64,000 bases of DNA. It comes from Chiloscyllium plagiosum (Eukaryota). The DNA is taken from contig NC_057724.1 of assembly GCF_004010195.1 (NCBI RefSeq), forward strand, positions 12,902,417-12,966,416. Reading direction: 5' to 3'. The notes below the pieces were generated by a model. It saw nothing but the letters and a program-made list of their open reading frames with translations. It made no database searches and was not told the DNA's origin. Made by a program: the position numbers and the translations under genes. This document shows, piece by piece, positions 1-13,299 of this stretch (positions are counted from its first letter, which is position 1; each line of letters begins with the position of its first letter).

Positions 1-51
1 CAAGTAATTATCTTACATATGTTACAGCTGCAAATTTGTCTTCTCTTTCAG

Positions 52-644
52 ATCACTTTTCAAATGGTCCTTTAGTTAATGGTCATGGAATACATACTTC
101 TGCAAAGAGGAAGGCGATGAGTGATTCAGAGGAAAGTAGCTTAGAGAATCCAAACATGGGGGAGATGGATGGCATTGCACAATTAGGTAGCAATGCATCA
201 GCTAAATCTGGCCCAGGGTCTGAAAGTGGTTCAGAGTCTGCTCCTGGATCAGATAAAGACCACATTGAAGGAGATCACGATTATAGCAAGGCTGTGAGAA
301 GGAAAACAACAAGGAAAGGAAATATAAAAAGCAAAGTAGTGAGGAGGAGGAGGCGGAGGAGGAAACGCTTCAGATTTTCAATACCAGCGAATAAATATAA
401 ACGGGCAAAACTATTAGATGATTGGTTTGATGAAGACGAATTGTGTGTAGATCGATTGAATAAGTGCTCCACAATTAGAACTAGAAACCAAGGTAGAAGG
501 ACGGTTTTATACAATGATGACTCTGATGATGATGGCTTTGTCCCAGCTGGTGAACGTCTAAACCTTGGCATGTCAAGATCGGGAAGAATGCGACGAATGA
601 CAGAAAAGGCTAAGGCAAGTCATTTAATGGGATGGAGTCACTGA
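52..644 (+). CDS. BRWD3: Last coding exon of bromodomain and WD repeat-containing protein 3
   Basis: C-terminus RTRNQGRRTVLYNDDSDDD...LNLGMSRSGRMRRMTEKAKASHLMGWSH* closely matches the recalled BRWD3 C-terminus (…[23 protein letters not shown]). Polypyrimidine tract plus AG acceptor ends at 51 (ttgtcttctctttcag|at, phase 1). Stop is followed by two more in-frame stops (TGA TGA TAA, 642-650). Confidence 0.9.
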
Positions 645-1834
645 TGATAAAAGCAGAGAACATTTCAAACTGAACTTATTACATTCGTACTGCAGGGATA
701 TGATATGCACAACACATTTATTAATTTATGCGATGGGGTTGGGGGGAGCTGGTGTGAAGGGAGCCTTTTGTTGTGGTGCTGATCTCATTATCAAAATGCA
801 CTTCAGTCTTCCAAACTTGCTTACCATCTGCAGAATCCAACCTCAAAGGCGGTGTAGCCTTAATATATTTAAAGATTTCTCTGAAGCCACTGATGCGCAA
901 ACTCACCAACAGTTATGTAATAGGAAATACTCATCTATTTGCCGTAACACCTTGAACATACCTGGGCAGTGTTCCTGATCTTTCGCTTTTGATATGTCGA
1001 ACACAGAATTTGTTTCAATTCTAGCCATAACCTCTTAACCATACAGTAATAAGCCTATCCAAGTTTTTGCACAGTTCTTCCTGTCTCAGTGGCAGCTATT
1101 AAAGGTTTACAGTATGAATATAATTTACACTAATTATGATTATGACTTATTTGATCTGCACTGGCTTTTTTCAAAAATCAGGATTGAATTGTAATATATG
1201 TTACATATGTTAACTTGTTTTTATTTTGAAGTTGAATTTAACTTCACTGGTAGATTTTGTCTTCCGGTGATGGAAATAATGAGCAAATAATGATTGGTGC
1301 CTTTGTAATATGCTGAATTTAATTTAAATACTTGAGTGATATTGATAATGTTTTGCTTTAACTCTGTACAAGTTGAGGAATATGGATTTCAAGCATTCTG
1401 AAATGCTTTTCAAATGTTTACACCCTTCAACATTGCAACATTTAAAAATACCTGTATTTTGTGTTTTAGCTTTTATGAATTAGCTATTTTATTGGCTTTC
1501 AGGCCCATATTTTGTATGCCGTCCTCCTTCAGCAAAAAAAAACCAGCAAGAATTGTTTCATTGCTGACAATGCTATTCTTTGCTTATCTTTGTAATGTGA
1601 CATATCTGATTTAATGTCACTTGTCAGGAGGCAGACCTTGTAATGGTGAATGACCACATCTAGAGCATCAACCAACAAGAAAATCTTTATAGTTTTTCCA
1701 AGAACTTGGATATGACTTCAAACTGCTTTCCATCAAGAAAAGATTCCTAAGTCACTGTATGCTTTGCCTGCATAGCAGTTCTAGTTTCCCTGTCTTTTTG
1801 TCTCTCTCTCCTTTCCCTGTCAGTGTGTGTCTCT

Positions 1835-2334
1835 NNNNNNNNNNNNNNNNNNNNNNNNNNNNNNNNNNNNNNNNNNNNNNNNNNNNNNNNNNNNNNNNNN
1901 NNNNNNNNNNNNNNNNNNNNNNNNNNNNNNNNNNNNNNNNNNNNNNNNNNNNNNNNNNNNNNNNNNNNNNNNNNNNNNNNNNNNNNNNNNNNNNNNNNNN
2001 NNNNNNNNNNNNNNNNNNNNNNNNNNNNNNNNNNNNNNNNNNNNNNNNNNNNNNNNNNNNNNNNNNNNNNNNNNNNNNNNNNNNNNNNNNNNNNNNNNNN
2101 NNNNNNNNNNNNNNNNNNNNNNNNNNNNNNNNNNNNNNNNNNNNNNNNNNNNNNNNNNNNNNNNNNNNNNNNNNNNNNNNNNNNNNNNNNNNNNNNNNNN
2201 NNNNNNNNNNNNNNNNNNNNNNNNNNNNNNNNNNNNNNNNNNNNNNNNNNNNNNNNNNNNNNNNNNNNNNNNNNNNNNNNNNNNNNNNNNNNNNNNNNNN
2301 NNNNNNNNNNNNNNNNNNNNNNNNNNNNNNNNNN
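1835..2334. other. Assembly gap (500 N) within CT-rich low-complexity sequence
   Basis: N run flanked by (CT)n-like tracts. Confidence 1.
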
Positions 2335-3229
2335 TCTGTCTCTCCCTCTCCCTCTATTTATTTCCCTCTCTTTCGTTTTTTTGCTCTTCTCTCCATCCTG
2401 AGGTTAGTAAATCCACAATTAGAGTTTAAACTGTTGGAATTGGATTGAAAATTGGACTAATGCCTTTCAACAGTGAAGAAATGCTTTGGGCGGTCTTGAA
2501 TCTGAAGTCTTATTCTCCCAAATAAAGTATTTTCTTCATTTGTAATGTAAATCTGCGCTTTAAAAATTATTTTTTACAAACTAAGTACACTTTAAAGCAT
2601 TATCATATTTATTTATTTTATGGCTGGTTTCTGTTCACATTTGACTCATCATTTTCTGTTTGTATGTATGTGAGTACTGAGCTTGATACATGAAATACCT
2701 GTTGTTTATATAGAGAGAACCAGCTATATTATGTTAATGTTCTGTAGGGAGAAGAAAATGATTACACGATTTTCTGAGAAAATCTTAATGTTATCGGTGT
2801 ATGTGAATACACCTTAGCAAATTCTACTAATTGCTTTTTCCCTGCAGTTTGCATATGACATTAACTTGACAGAGGTGCTGTAAAATTGTTTAAATGATTT
2901 TTCATGCAAAGCATTTCACTAAAGTTGCTTGAGGAACAATAACTTATGCAATCAAAGGTTGTACGGGGCAAATCTGTAGTCCTGTTTATTTTTCTACAGA
3001 ATCTGTGCATTGTGCACATGGCTTCATTATTTTGTATAAATTATACAAATCTTTATAAATCTTGTTTTTTGTAAAATGGCCTAATTATGTCCGCACAATC
3101 AAAGGTTCAGTCTTGAGTACATTTTAAAAATGTATATTGCTCACAGCAAGTGTTGAATTGCAACTCTAGTGAAATGCCTTTATTAATTATTCTCCAAAGA
3201 TTTGATGGTAGGAAGGTACTTTTTGAGTT

Positions 3230-3257
3230 TGTGTGTGTGTGCGCGCGCGCATGTGTA
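3230..3257. repeat. (TG)n(CG)n alternating purine-pyrimidine microsatellite
   Basis: tgtgtgtgtgtgcgcgcgcgcatgtgta. Confidence 0.9.
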
Positions 3258-4607
3258 ACCTTTCCTGTCTATAAGATCATGCAGCATATTTCTTTTCTAA
3301 TCTGTGAAGAAAACATTGTATTAACTTCTTTCAGTCCTTGCTGCCAATTTGAGCCAAAATCTCCAGGTAGGTGATTTACACATGGACCAGATTGCAACAG
3401 TAAATTGACTTTCAGGGGACATGATTTCATCAAATTGTTAATTTTGGTGGCAGTCTCTATTTAGAAATGTACCCATATAAATATATTTTAAGAAGTCAGC
3501 ATTTCAGGGATTTTTCTTGCCTTTTGGGCAGACCAAATGTAATGTTGATATGCAATGATTTACTGTGAGTTACAGTTGACCATTTTTATACTGTAAAAAG
3601 TGTAAATATGTAAGCTTTTGTTTATAAAATAGTTATTACACTTACATTCACAATGGTGTGAGTTCTTATTTGTTGAATGAATTGTTTTTCCCAAAACTAC
3701 CATTAGTTGTGTTTCTATTTTCCTGTTGCTGGATTGTACTCATTTTACAATCTTAGTCTCTACTTCTATCACCTCCATTTCTTAAAATGCATGGATTTCA
3801 AAATCTTTGGCTTGGATATGTATAGCAGTACACCTGTAAATGGTAGTTTGGCCAAGGGGAAGGAGATGTTAACAAATCATTTGTAGGTCCAGTATCGAAC
3901 AGGATTGGGAGTGGATGTGGGTGTCAGTGGTTGGTTGATGGTTGTCTTCCAACCCTCAGTCCTGAGAGCATTCTCCTGTCTGACAGCTTTAGGAGAGAAG
4001 TTCTGTGTCTACTCTCTGCTACCCAAACCTGGACGAACCTCTGTTAGCTGTCATTTGGCCACTATTAAATCTGAAGAGGTTACCAGCCTCTTTAAATATT
4101 TAAATTGCTTACCTGGCTTCCTGAAGTGGTTGACTGCCTGTCCGTTGTGCCATTTGTCAAAAGTGGAACCAGGGCTGCTGTTCTTTTATCATGTGCCTAA
4201 CGTCTCACTGAGCCTATTCCCTTGACCCATCTTCAGAGCCTCCATTTAAAAAATCTACTTATTTCAGCCATATTTTTGGTCACGTTGTAATTGTCTCTTT
4301 GCTGTGGGACATTTTACTTCAACAGTGCAGTCAAAAAGCAAATTGATGATTGATCCAAAAACCTTTTTAACTTTTGCTTCCTGCAAATATGAAGGCATTA
4401 AAATGAAACTGACCACATTCCATATTCTGAAAGATTTGCAGCTTTTTAAGTCAAAATGGAAATTAGATCAATATTTCATTCTGACTTGACATTTGCATAG
4501 CACTCAAGCTGTCTTCGAATGTAATAACATCGATTAGATGTTTTCATTTTTTTTGCAGTTAGTGACATGAGCTGATCTCTACTTTCTGAAAACTAATTGA
4601 AAATTAG

Positions 4608-5180
4608 TGTTATGATCCCTGTGGAGACCAATATCTTATATTAAAGAAATGCATGCTTTCAGTAATCAAAAATATCTCTCTGATTTCAATTTTTAAATCT
4701 TACAAACAAAATTTTAAAAACAAAAATAAAGCAGTATTTGCTCACCATGATTTTAGTAGAGAAAATATACTCTAAATTACGGACAGAAAGCCAATTAACT
4801 TTAAAAACCTGAAACTCCCCTCTTTTGGTTATATTTCCACTGTCATTTAAAATAGACTGTGAATTTAATAGACACTTGTTCTGTAGGTGCAAGTCCAAGA
4901 TGATTCTTTGCTCCAAGGAGCTTGCTTCTTTTCCTTTCCAGTCAAGTAGCAGCCATGCAGCTCCGAGGCAATGGCATTTTGCCCTTGGTTTATTTAGTCA
5001 GTGTGTGAGCTCATATCAGCATTCTGCATGGTGAACAATAAATATTTCTGATTCTGTCCCTGGTCTGCCTTTTCTAGCCCTGGCCTCCAGTTAAATTGTT
5101 AACCCACAAATCCATATGTCTCTAGCCAAACCTCTACCCCTTCCTTAAAGTTGCCATACTAAGAGACAAGACTTATATCA
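4608..5180. mobile_element. Possible solo LTR
   Basis: TGTTATG...ATCACA termini and plausible size; no clean TSD seen. Confidence 0.25.
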
Positions 5181-5299
5181 CACATTATTGGTGGTGAAGG
5201 CGAAAAGCCCTCTGTTTTGGCACCAGTCCAAATCGGGTTAGGTCAACATATTTTTTGACTCCATGCGAATCCTTGCCACTTATGTGAGATTGTGTGTGT

Positions 5300-5361
5300 G
5301 TGTGCTCAGACTTACACACACACCAATTCTCAGTGTGCTCAGACTTACACACACACCAATT
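5300..5361. repeat. 29-bp direct tandem duplication
   Basis: gtgtgctcagacttacacacacaccaatt at 5300-5328 and 5333-5361. Confidence 0.9.
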
Positions 5362-5724
5362 GACAGGTTTACGATTTCATCCTCCTTGTGGTGTTTTACC
5401 CCTTTTTCATTTCAATGGAATTAACAGAAAAAGGTGAGGGAGAGCAGCTACTTGGAATTTTCTTTTGTTACTTCCATACAGAAGGGCATGATGGGTGCTA
5501 GCTTTTTAAAGGCTGGATGTTTCTGCTGTATTGCTCTTAGCCAAAGCTTGTAGCCACCTGTTCAGCAACCAATCAAATGTTTGTTACTGTGCTGAACCCA
5601 CAATAGTCAGGATGAAAAACCAGAAACCACAGAGTGTGCACAAGCAGCGCTGTTCTATCTGGAATGCTCCCTCACTGCTTGAATCATTGCAGCTACACCT
5701 CTCTACACAAATTAAAGCTGGCCA

Positions 5725-6836
5725 AGAAGTAACAAAGAGGATTGATGAGGGCTGAGCGGTGGATGTGATCTATATGGACTTCAATAAGGCATTCAACAGG
5801 GTTCCTCATGGGAGACTGGTTAGCAAAGTTAGATTTTGTGGAATACAGGGACAATGAGCCATTTAGATACAGAACTGGTTCGAAGGTAGAAGACAGGGTG
5901 GTGGTGGTGTGGGGCTGCTTTTCAGACTGGAGGCCTGTGACTGGTGTACCATAAGGGTCAGTGCTGGGTCCTCTACCTTTCATCATTTATATAAAAGATT
6001 TGGATGTGAACATAGGAGATATAGTTACTAAGTTTGCAAATGACACCAAAATTGGAGGTGAAGTGGACATCCTCAATGGGATCTTGATCAGGTGGGCCAA
6101 TGGGCTGAGGAGTGGCAGATGGAAATAAATGTGAGGGGGGAGTGTTGCTGAACAAAGTGCAGGTTCATAGTTTCTTGAAAGTAGAGTTGCAGGTAGGATA
6201 GTGAAGAAGGCATTTGGTATGCTTTCCTTTATTGGTCAGAGTATTGAGTATAGGAATTGGGAGGTCATGTTGTGGCTATACAGGACATTGGTTAGGCCAC
6301 TTTTGGAATGTTGCGTGCAGTTCTGGTCTCCCTCCTGTAGGAAGGATGTTGTGAAACTTGAAAGAGTTCAGAAAAGATTTACAAGAATGTTGCCAGGGTT
6401 GGAGGATTTGAGTGAGAGGGGAGAGGCAGAATAGGCTGGGGGCTGTTTTTCCTGGAGTGTTGGAGGCTGAGGGGTAACCTCATAGAGATTTATAAAATCA
6501 TGAGGGGCATGGGTAGGATAAATAGACAAATTCCTTTCCCTGGGGTGGAGGAGTCTAAACTAGAGAGCATAGGTTTAGGGTGAGATGGGAAAGATATAAA
6601 AGGGACCTAAGGGACAACGTTTTCACGCAGAGGGTGGTACGGGTATGGAATGAGTTGCCAGAGGAAGTGGTTGAGGCTGGTACAATTATAACATTGATGA
6701 GTATATGAATAGGAAGGGCATAGAGGGATATGAGCAAGTGCTGGCAAATGGGATTAGATTAGGTTAGGATATCTGGTCGGCATGGACAAATTGGACCGAA
6801 GGGTCTATTTCTGTGCTGTACATCTCTATGACTCTA
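5725..6836 (+). mobile_element. 5'-truncated CR1 LINE with internal deletions
   Basis: RT remnants (VDVIYMDF.KAF, GSVLGP, LYRTLVRPLLECCVQFWSP) and CR1 3' tail ...ctgtacatctctatgactct. Confidence 0.9.
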
Positions 6837-8108
6837 AAACCATAAGCCATCCTTTTTGTAAAGAAATAAATTCTCATTAAACAGTTCTTTTCAGTTGTAT
6901 GAAACCAGAGAAAATGCTGATTACAATGTGTGGTAGACATAATTTGCTCAGAATGCACAGATTCCCATCTTTAGTTTTGGATACTGAAGAATTGTATGCC
7001 ATGCTGATTCACCAGAATTGCAGCTTGGTTTAAAAGTTTAAATTATGAATAATGGGTTGCGTAAACTTGTATTACTTTCAGAGTGGAAAACTGAAGATCA
7101 ATCTGAAAAAGGTTGCTAAAATGTTAAAAGTTGGGTGGAGAAATGCTTTCTTTTGGGTAATTAAGAATATGGGGACATGATTTTGATATACTCTGACCAA
7201 CTCTGGAGGGAAGTGGAGGTGGACTCTTTCCCTCTTTTCTCCTACGCCTCCCCCACACCGCACACGCGAACACAAAAAAATGGAAATCCAGGACTTTTCA
7301 CAAAGAGCAGTGGATACTGGAACAAAAGCAGCTTTGAAAGCAGAGCAACAGATTTGCTTTAGATATTTTAGTTATCTAGGGAGCTGGAACAGCAGGAGGC
7401 AAATATATTTGAAGTATCGAACACTTACCATGCTGTCAAGTGACTCATGGAAAAAGCTCCAGGGGATTGAATGGCAATTCCTATATGCATCTTGAATACA
7501 TCAATCGTCCCAAAAATGCACCGAATCAGGTTGATTTAAAAGTCAAAAATATGTAAAATTGGAAAAGGCTAACAATACATGGCATCAATGGAAAGGAAGA
7601 TGGCTTACTGCTAGGATGTTTGCTCCTAATCCAATTCTATGCAATGAAATGCATCAGGTCGAAGGTCAGCTATTTTGTCTTGGCTTAGGAGTCTGTTGGC
7701 AATCTTTACATGTTGGTAGGACTGAGAGAAACTTGAAGAAATTAGTATAGATAGAGGTTCCGAGTGGTATGGCAAGCTTAAATATAGATAAATCTCCAGA
7801 TGAAATGTCCTCCACCTGTTGACTGAAGCAAGGGAGGAAGTAGCAGAGGTGCTGCCAATTTTCAGTTTCTCTGTGGCCACAGAAGAGGTGGACTCGAGGA
7901 CAGCCAATGTGGTAGTTATTCGAGAAGCAAGCAAGGGATTAACCAGGAAATTACAGACCAGTCAGTTTAACTTCTGTAAAACTATTGGAAGTAATTCTGA
8001 GGGACAGAATAAATCTGCATTTAGCTAGGCAGAAATTAATTAATTAGCCAGTGTGGTTTTGTTAAGCAGACATCCCAACTGGCAAACTTGGTGAAATTCT
8101 ATAGTAAC

Positions 8109-8272
8109 TGTAAATGCCAGAGGAAACATCACCGAAGTGCTTCACAGGAGGCTCCCAAGCACTGAGGATGTCACCTTGACAGGGGACGAAACGTCTGCAA
8201 AACAAATCCCCAGCTCGGCGAACAGAACCACAACAACGAGCACCCGAGCGACAAATCTTCTCACAAACTGAG
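8109..8272 (+). mobile_element. Short Penelope-like terminal repeat (pLTR) insertion, family A
   Basis: Same sequence as 34913-35103; flanked by TAGTAAC direct repeats (8102-8108, 8273-8279). Confidence 0.75.
8159..8198 (+). ncRNA. Minimal type-I hammerhead ribozyme motif, intact core
   Basis: gca-CTGAGGA-t-gtcacc-ttgaca-ggggac-GAAAC-GTC-tgc: CUGANGA and GAAA boxes, stem II, palindromic ACGU stem III, GUC cleavage triplet, 3-bp stem I. Confidence 0.7.
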
Positions 8273-9387
8273 TAGTAACCAGGTATGTAGATGAGGAATA
8301 TATTTGATGTAACCTAGTCTGAGGTCAGCAAGGATTTTTGATAAAAGCCCATGTGAGACTGGGAAATGGGATACAAGGAAATATGGCCAATTGAGTCCAG
8401 AATTGCTGGAGAGGCAGGAAGCAAAGGGTAATGGTCAAGGGGTGTTCTTGTGACTGGAAGCCTGTGTCCAGTTGGGTTCTGCAGAGATCAGTGTTGGGGC
8501 CCTTGCTGTTTGTAATCTATACATATATAAATGATTTACACTGGAATATCAGAGGGATGATCAGTATGTTTGCAGATTGTATGAAAATTGGTAGGGTGGA
8601 TAAGTAGTGAGAAGGATAACTGTAGACAACAGGAAGCTCTAGATGGGCTGATCAGTTGTACATGGGATTCAATCCTGTTAAGTGCGAGGATTAGGCAGGG
8701 ACGAACAAGGCAAGAGAATACATGATGCACACTAGGACTCCGTGGAGCACCGGTCAGAGGGATTTGGAGTACGTATCTACCAGTGGGAGTAACTATTGCG
8801 TCTTATGGGCAGGTCTGTGGGCTGATTATCTTTTGGCAGCTTTTACACAATTTTGCCTACGACATTGTTGGTCTTGCCTCCAATCTGGCCTCGCCAGAAA
8901 CTGCAGTAGCAATTGATGCTGGTTGACCAAAAGACCTGGAGGAAAATAAACATCAGATGGCTGAGAGATACACTGTAGTGTTGGTTGTTGCTTTCGAATT
9001 GCAAATAAATGGTTTTAATAACCTATTTTAGCCCAGATGGGGCGCATTCTGGAGGGGAAAAAAACCCCTCCCTGCAGGTACGTACATAGTAGTGATCTGC
9101 GAAAGGTACTGATGCAACATAGGATCCTGCAAGACCATCAGTGCTGGTAAGATATGTCAACACAGACTGAAGAAAGACCAGGAGACTTTATTTCCTATGC
9201 AGACTTGGATCTGGGAGTCAGCTCAAGGACCAAACACCATAATAGATGCTGACTTGCTTATTATTGGCCCTACCAATATAGAAATGTTAATCTTTTATAA
9301 CTGTAGCTGTCACGATTGAGGTAGAACTAATCCAACTGAAGTCTGTAACATTAGTATCACGCTGAAATGTCTGATACAACGGTGAAG

Positions 9388-11262
9388 TGAATTAAATTTA
9401 TTGTCACGTACTGAGGCGCAGTGAAAAGCTTTGTCTTCTGAGCAATACAGACAAATCACATAGTTAAGTAGCATAGATAAATAATAGGTAAACAGCGGCA
9501 AAAACAAAAACACAAGTACAGGTGAATGTTAAGAGTTTGTGAGTGCATTCAGCATTCTAACAACAGTAGGGTAGAAACTGTTTTGAAACTGCTGGTGTGT
9601 GTGTTCAGGCTTCTGTACCTTCTCCCCAATGGTGGAAGTTGTAGAAAAACATTGTCAGGGTGGGATGGATCTTTGAGAATGCTGGTGGCTTTTCCAAAAC
9701 AGCAGGCCTGGTAGATGGATTCTATAGATGGGAGACTGGCCTTTGTGATTGTCCAGGCTGAGTTCACCACGTTCTGTAACTGTCTCCGATCTTGAATAGT
9801 ACAGTTGCCATACCAGGTAGTGATACATGCAGACAGAATGCTTTTGATAGCGCACCTATAAAAGTTGGCAAGGGTATTTGCCTTCATGCCAAATTTCCTC
9901 AGCTGCCTGAGGAAGAAGAGATGATGTTGGGCCTTTGTAACCAGTGTGTCCACATGAAGAGTCCAAGAAAGCTTTTTGTGGATGACCACTCCCAGGAGAT
10001 GACACTCTCCACTTGTTCCACCTCTGTGCTGTTAATGTGTAGGGGGCTATGAGTAACATCCTGCCAAAAGTCAATAATGAGTTCCTTGGTTTTGCCAGCA
10101 TTGAGAGCTAGGTTGTTCTCAGTGTATCATTTTTCCAGGTCTTCCACCTCCCATCTGTAGTCTGTTATGTCGCCGTCTGCGATTCGACTAGCTATGGTGG
10201 TGTCATCAGCGAACGTGTAAATGGCATTAGTCTGGTATTTAGCGACGCAGTCATGGGTATACAGTGAGTACAGTGGGGGGCACTCCTGAGGGCTCCGATG
10301 TTGACTGTTAGTGAGGATGAAATATTGTCCCCAATCTTCACTGATTGTGGCCTGTGGGTAAGGAAATGGAGCATCCAGTTGCAGAGAGTAGGGCTTAGTC
10401 TGAGATCACTAAGTTTAGTAATCAGTCTTGAGTAATCAGTCTGTAGTCCATGAGTAGGGTTCTTATGTAGCTGCTCTTGGTGTCAAGATGTTCTAGGGAG
10501 GAGTGAAAGGAAAGTGTTATGGCATCTGACATGGATCTATTGGTCCGACAGGCAAATTGGAGTGGGTCAAGAGTAGTGTGGAGGCTGGAGTTGATAAATG
10601 CCATGACCAGCCTTTCAAAGCACTTCATGACCACTGAAGTTAGGTCCACTTAGGCACAGGGATGATGTTGGCCCTCTTGAAATGGGCAGGGACAGTGGCC
10701 AGCTGCAGGGAGAGGTTGAAGATGTCTGAGAAGACCTCTATCAGTTGCACTGCCTGGTACTCCCGTCTGGTCCCATCGCTTTCCTAGGATTCATACGAAG
10801 GAAATCTGGTCTGACCTTTGTGCAGTGACTCTTGGGATAGGTTCGTTCGGACTTATCGGAATGCGAGTTTCCTTTCTGCCGAAATTCTGCTCAAAATAAG
10901 CATAGCAGGTGTTGAGACGATCTGGGAGGGATAGGTCATCTGCTATCTTGGAATGTCTCTTTTTAGAACCTGTGATGCCATTCAGTCCTTGCCATAGTCA
11001 CCGGGTGTCTATCTGGGTCTCTAGTTTGGATCGGTATTGGTCCTTGGCTGTCTTAGTGGCTCTGCAAAGGTCATTCTTGGATTCCTTATTTGCATGGGTC
11101 TCCTGTTCTGAAGGCCTCATGTCTGGTTTTTAGCAGGTTCTATATGTCCTGATTCATCCAGGGTTTCCTGTTGGGGAACACCCGGATTGACTACTTTGGT
11201 ATGCAGTCCTCCACACACTTGCTGATAAAGTCTGTGATGGTGGTAGCATACTCATCCAAAGT
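9388..11262 (-). mobile_element. Rex1/Babar-clade LINE, 5'-truncated and frameshifted
   Basis: Minus ORFs LTSVVMKCFERLV...LDPLQFA.R.NRS..DAI and LFFLRQLRKFG...LANFYRCAIKSILSACITTWYG (Rex1-type RT and C-terminal region). Confidence 0.85.
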
Positions 11263-12229
11263 GTACATTGAGCCTGTGACTATTGAGCCATCTTAAGACC
11301 ATACCACTGGAAGCGAGGTCGTGATACATTACCCCACTGCAACTCCTTTCAACAGGTACCTTTCATGTACACCATTATACAGACAACATCAAGCATTAGA
11401 AGTAGATGATCAAAATGCAAAAAAAGCATGCTATAGTCCGCTTTTGTGGAAAATGTAATGGCAGTGGGTTAGCCAAATAACCAGGCTCCTTTGCATGTTC
11501 TATGTGCGAGTTAATGGTTATAATATAAATTGGTCTCGACCAACGTAAACACTATAGAAATGATGTGTTGTGCAGCCAGAGACAATTGGAAACTTTAACT
11601 AAGACTGGACCAGGAAGGAGAGCATATACATGGATGGGGGAAGAAACAGTTGCTTTGCCCATAAGGACAACAATTTGCTTGGGTGCAAATTTAAGATCTC
11701 AAGCATCCTAACCACAAAGACAGGAAAGCAAATCTTGGATAAATGTAGAGCATTGCAGAACATCCTTAAGTTTGCCCAGTTGCCATCATCTGACAAGATT
11801 GGTGCAGATAGCTTTTGAGGATGTTCCCCAGGATGATAACTGATGTCCAGGAATCAGTCATCCAAGAGCTGTTAAAGGACTGTTCATCCTCCAACCAATA
11901 TCCCTAAATGTCAGGACATCGATGACCAGTTATTTCCAGTAGAAGAGTTATTAAGCAAGAGGTTTGATCCCAAGGTCAAGGCAGGGGCTGGTGGAGTAAT
12001 AACTGGAGGCGAATTGAGTAAAATTAAATTCCAGGCCAAGAGATCAGAATTCAAGAAAATCTAAACAATCTGACAGAGCAAAGAATGTTGGTGCAAAGAC
12101 GCAACTGGAAAAGGAAAAGGATGTTCAGAGAAGCTCAAATACTTTATAAATGCAATGGATGGTGGTGGTGGAATAGGCAGTGTCTGGGCTCAGCTCAGGG
12201 TTTGCCTTTTCCATCCTCCTCTTTTCAAT

Positions 12230-12860
12230 TTTTTTTTTTTTTAGAAAACTTGCTTTGTTGTAAGTGTCAATGGTGGGATTGGAGTGTTGCAGCAGCTGAG
12301 GGCCTGAAGTGGGGCGGTCAGGGGGCTCGGTGCAGAGCGAGATGACGAGTGGGTGGTGGTCCCAGAGTGGAGGAAATGGCTTTGGGGATGGTGGGACAGC
12401 TAGTGGTCAGCTGCTCAGGGCAGAGCGGGATGGTCAACAGGCGTGGCAGTGGAACTGGATGCTTGGTAGGCCTGCAGTGGAACCTGGTGGGATGGGGGCG
12501 CAGAAGTAGAGTGGGCCGGCAGGCTGGGGCCCAGTGCAGTCTACCTGTCTCAGACTGCGGTCAACAGCTTGTGAGCCTGTTTGGGTACACTTAGTGCAGT
12601 GGAAAGGCCCCAGAATAAGAGACTTCAGGCTATAGAAGGACTGTAATGTTAATCTTAACTTTTTTATTTCTTTATTTTCCTAATTAATACTATGAAAATC
12701 TAATGTAAAACTTTTAGCTATTTTCTTTTTTTTCTCTACTTTGTACCTAAACTATTTTAGTACCTAAGATTTCTAACTATGTACTTAGTATCTACGATGG
12801 CACCGTATGTGGTGACATTGTACATTTTACACTGTGCTCCTGTACATTTGTACTAATTCT
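12230..12860 (+). mobile_element. Unclassified G-rich non-autonomous repeat
   Basis: Abrupt G-rich block followed by a T-rich segment with repeated tacctaa-like units; no coding signal. Confidence 0.3.
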
Positions 12861-13159
12861 AAAAGTCAGTTAGCCTGGCAGATTGTGGGGGCACCATCCA
12901 AAATGAACTTGAACTTAATTTCACGTCTGGACACTCAGTGCTGAATAATAAGGCAAACATTAGAAAATGTACGAAATAATTTGGTCAGAGACAGTATGTA
13001 CAATTAATATGCCACATAGAGGACGAAGAGGTAGACAAAGTTGTCATAGATTCAGATAAAAGGAGTGTGGTAGGTCCAGATGAAATGAGAAATGAAACCA
13101 GATGAAATGAGGTCCAGCATTCAAGTTATCCATAAACAGGATGCCAAATGTGTACCTCA

Positions 13160-13290
13160 GCTCTTCTCCCTGTGGTGGAAATCATGCACAATTCCATATT
13201 CATTCAAAAAGTGTTGAATTTGCCTACAACTGAAGACCAGGAACTTATCAGAAATATTGATAACTGGAGGCCCATCACAATTTTAATTAT
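13160..13290 (+). mobile_element. L1/Tx1-like RT fragment
   Basis: Translates to ...RNIDNWRPITIL (NWRPI[S/T]L motif). Confidence 0.4.
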
Positions 13291-13299
13291 TTTGCAAAT

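Larger units (their letters stand above)
645..3660 (+). other. BRWD3: Probable BRWD3 3'UTR (3' end approximate)
   Basis: AT-rich and nearly TE-free for ~3 kb after the stop. AATAAA at 2521, AU-rich ATTTATTTA at ~2607-2620, Pumilio-like TGTAAATA at 3601. Confidence 0.55.
6960..8770 (+). mobile_element. Cluster of old degenerate CR1-like fragments
   Basis: Remnants such as ccaggaaattacagaccagtcagttta (NYRPVSL) and gtgttggggcccttgctgttt (VLGPLLF). Confidence 0.6.

Noticed and set aside
36-51. ORF-track start (TTG at 36) as a standalone 202-aa gene
   Set aside because: Positions 36-51 are the intron's polypyrimidine tract and AG; the frame is a spliced terminal exon of BRWD3.
1759-2448. Long ORFs containing X runs (also 25734-26385 and 46710-48062)
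   Set aside because: Artefacts of N gaps; only the flanking TE-derived residues are real.
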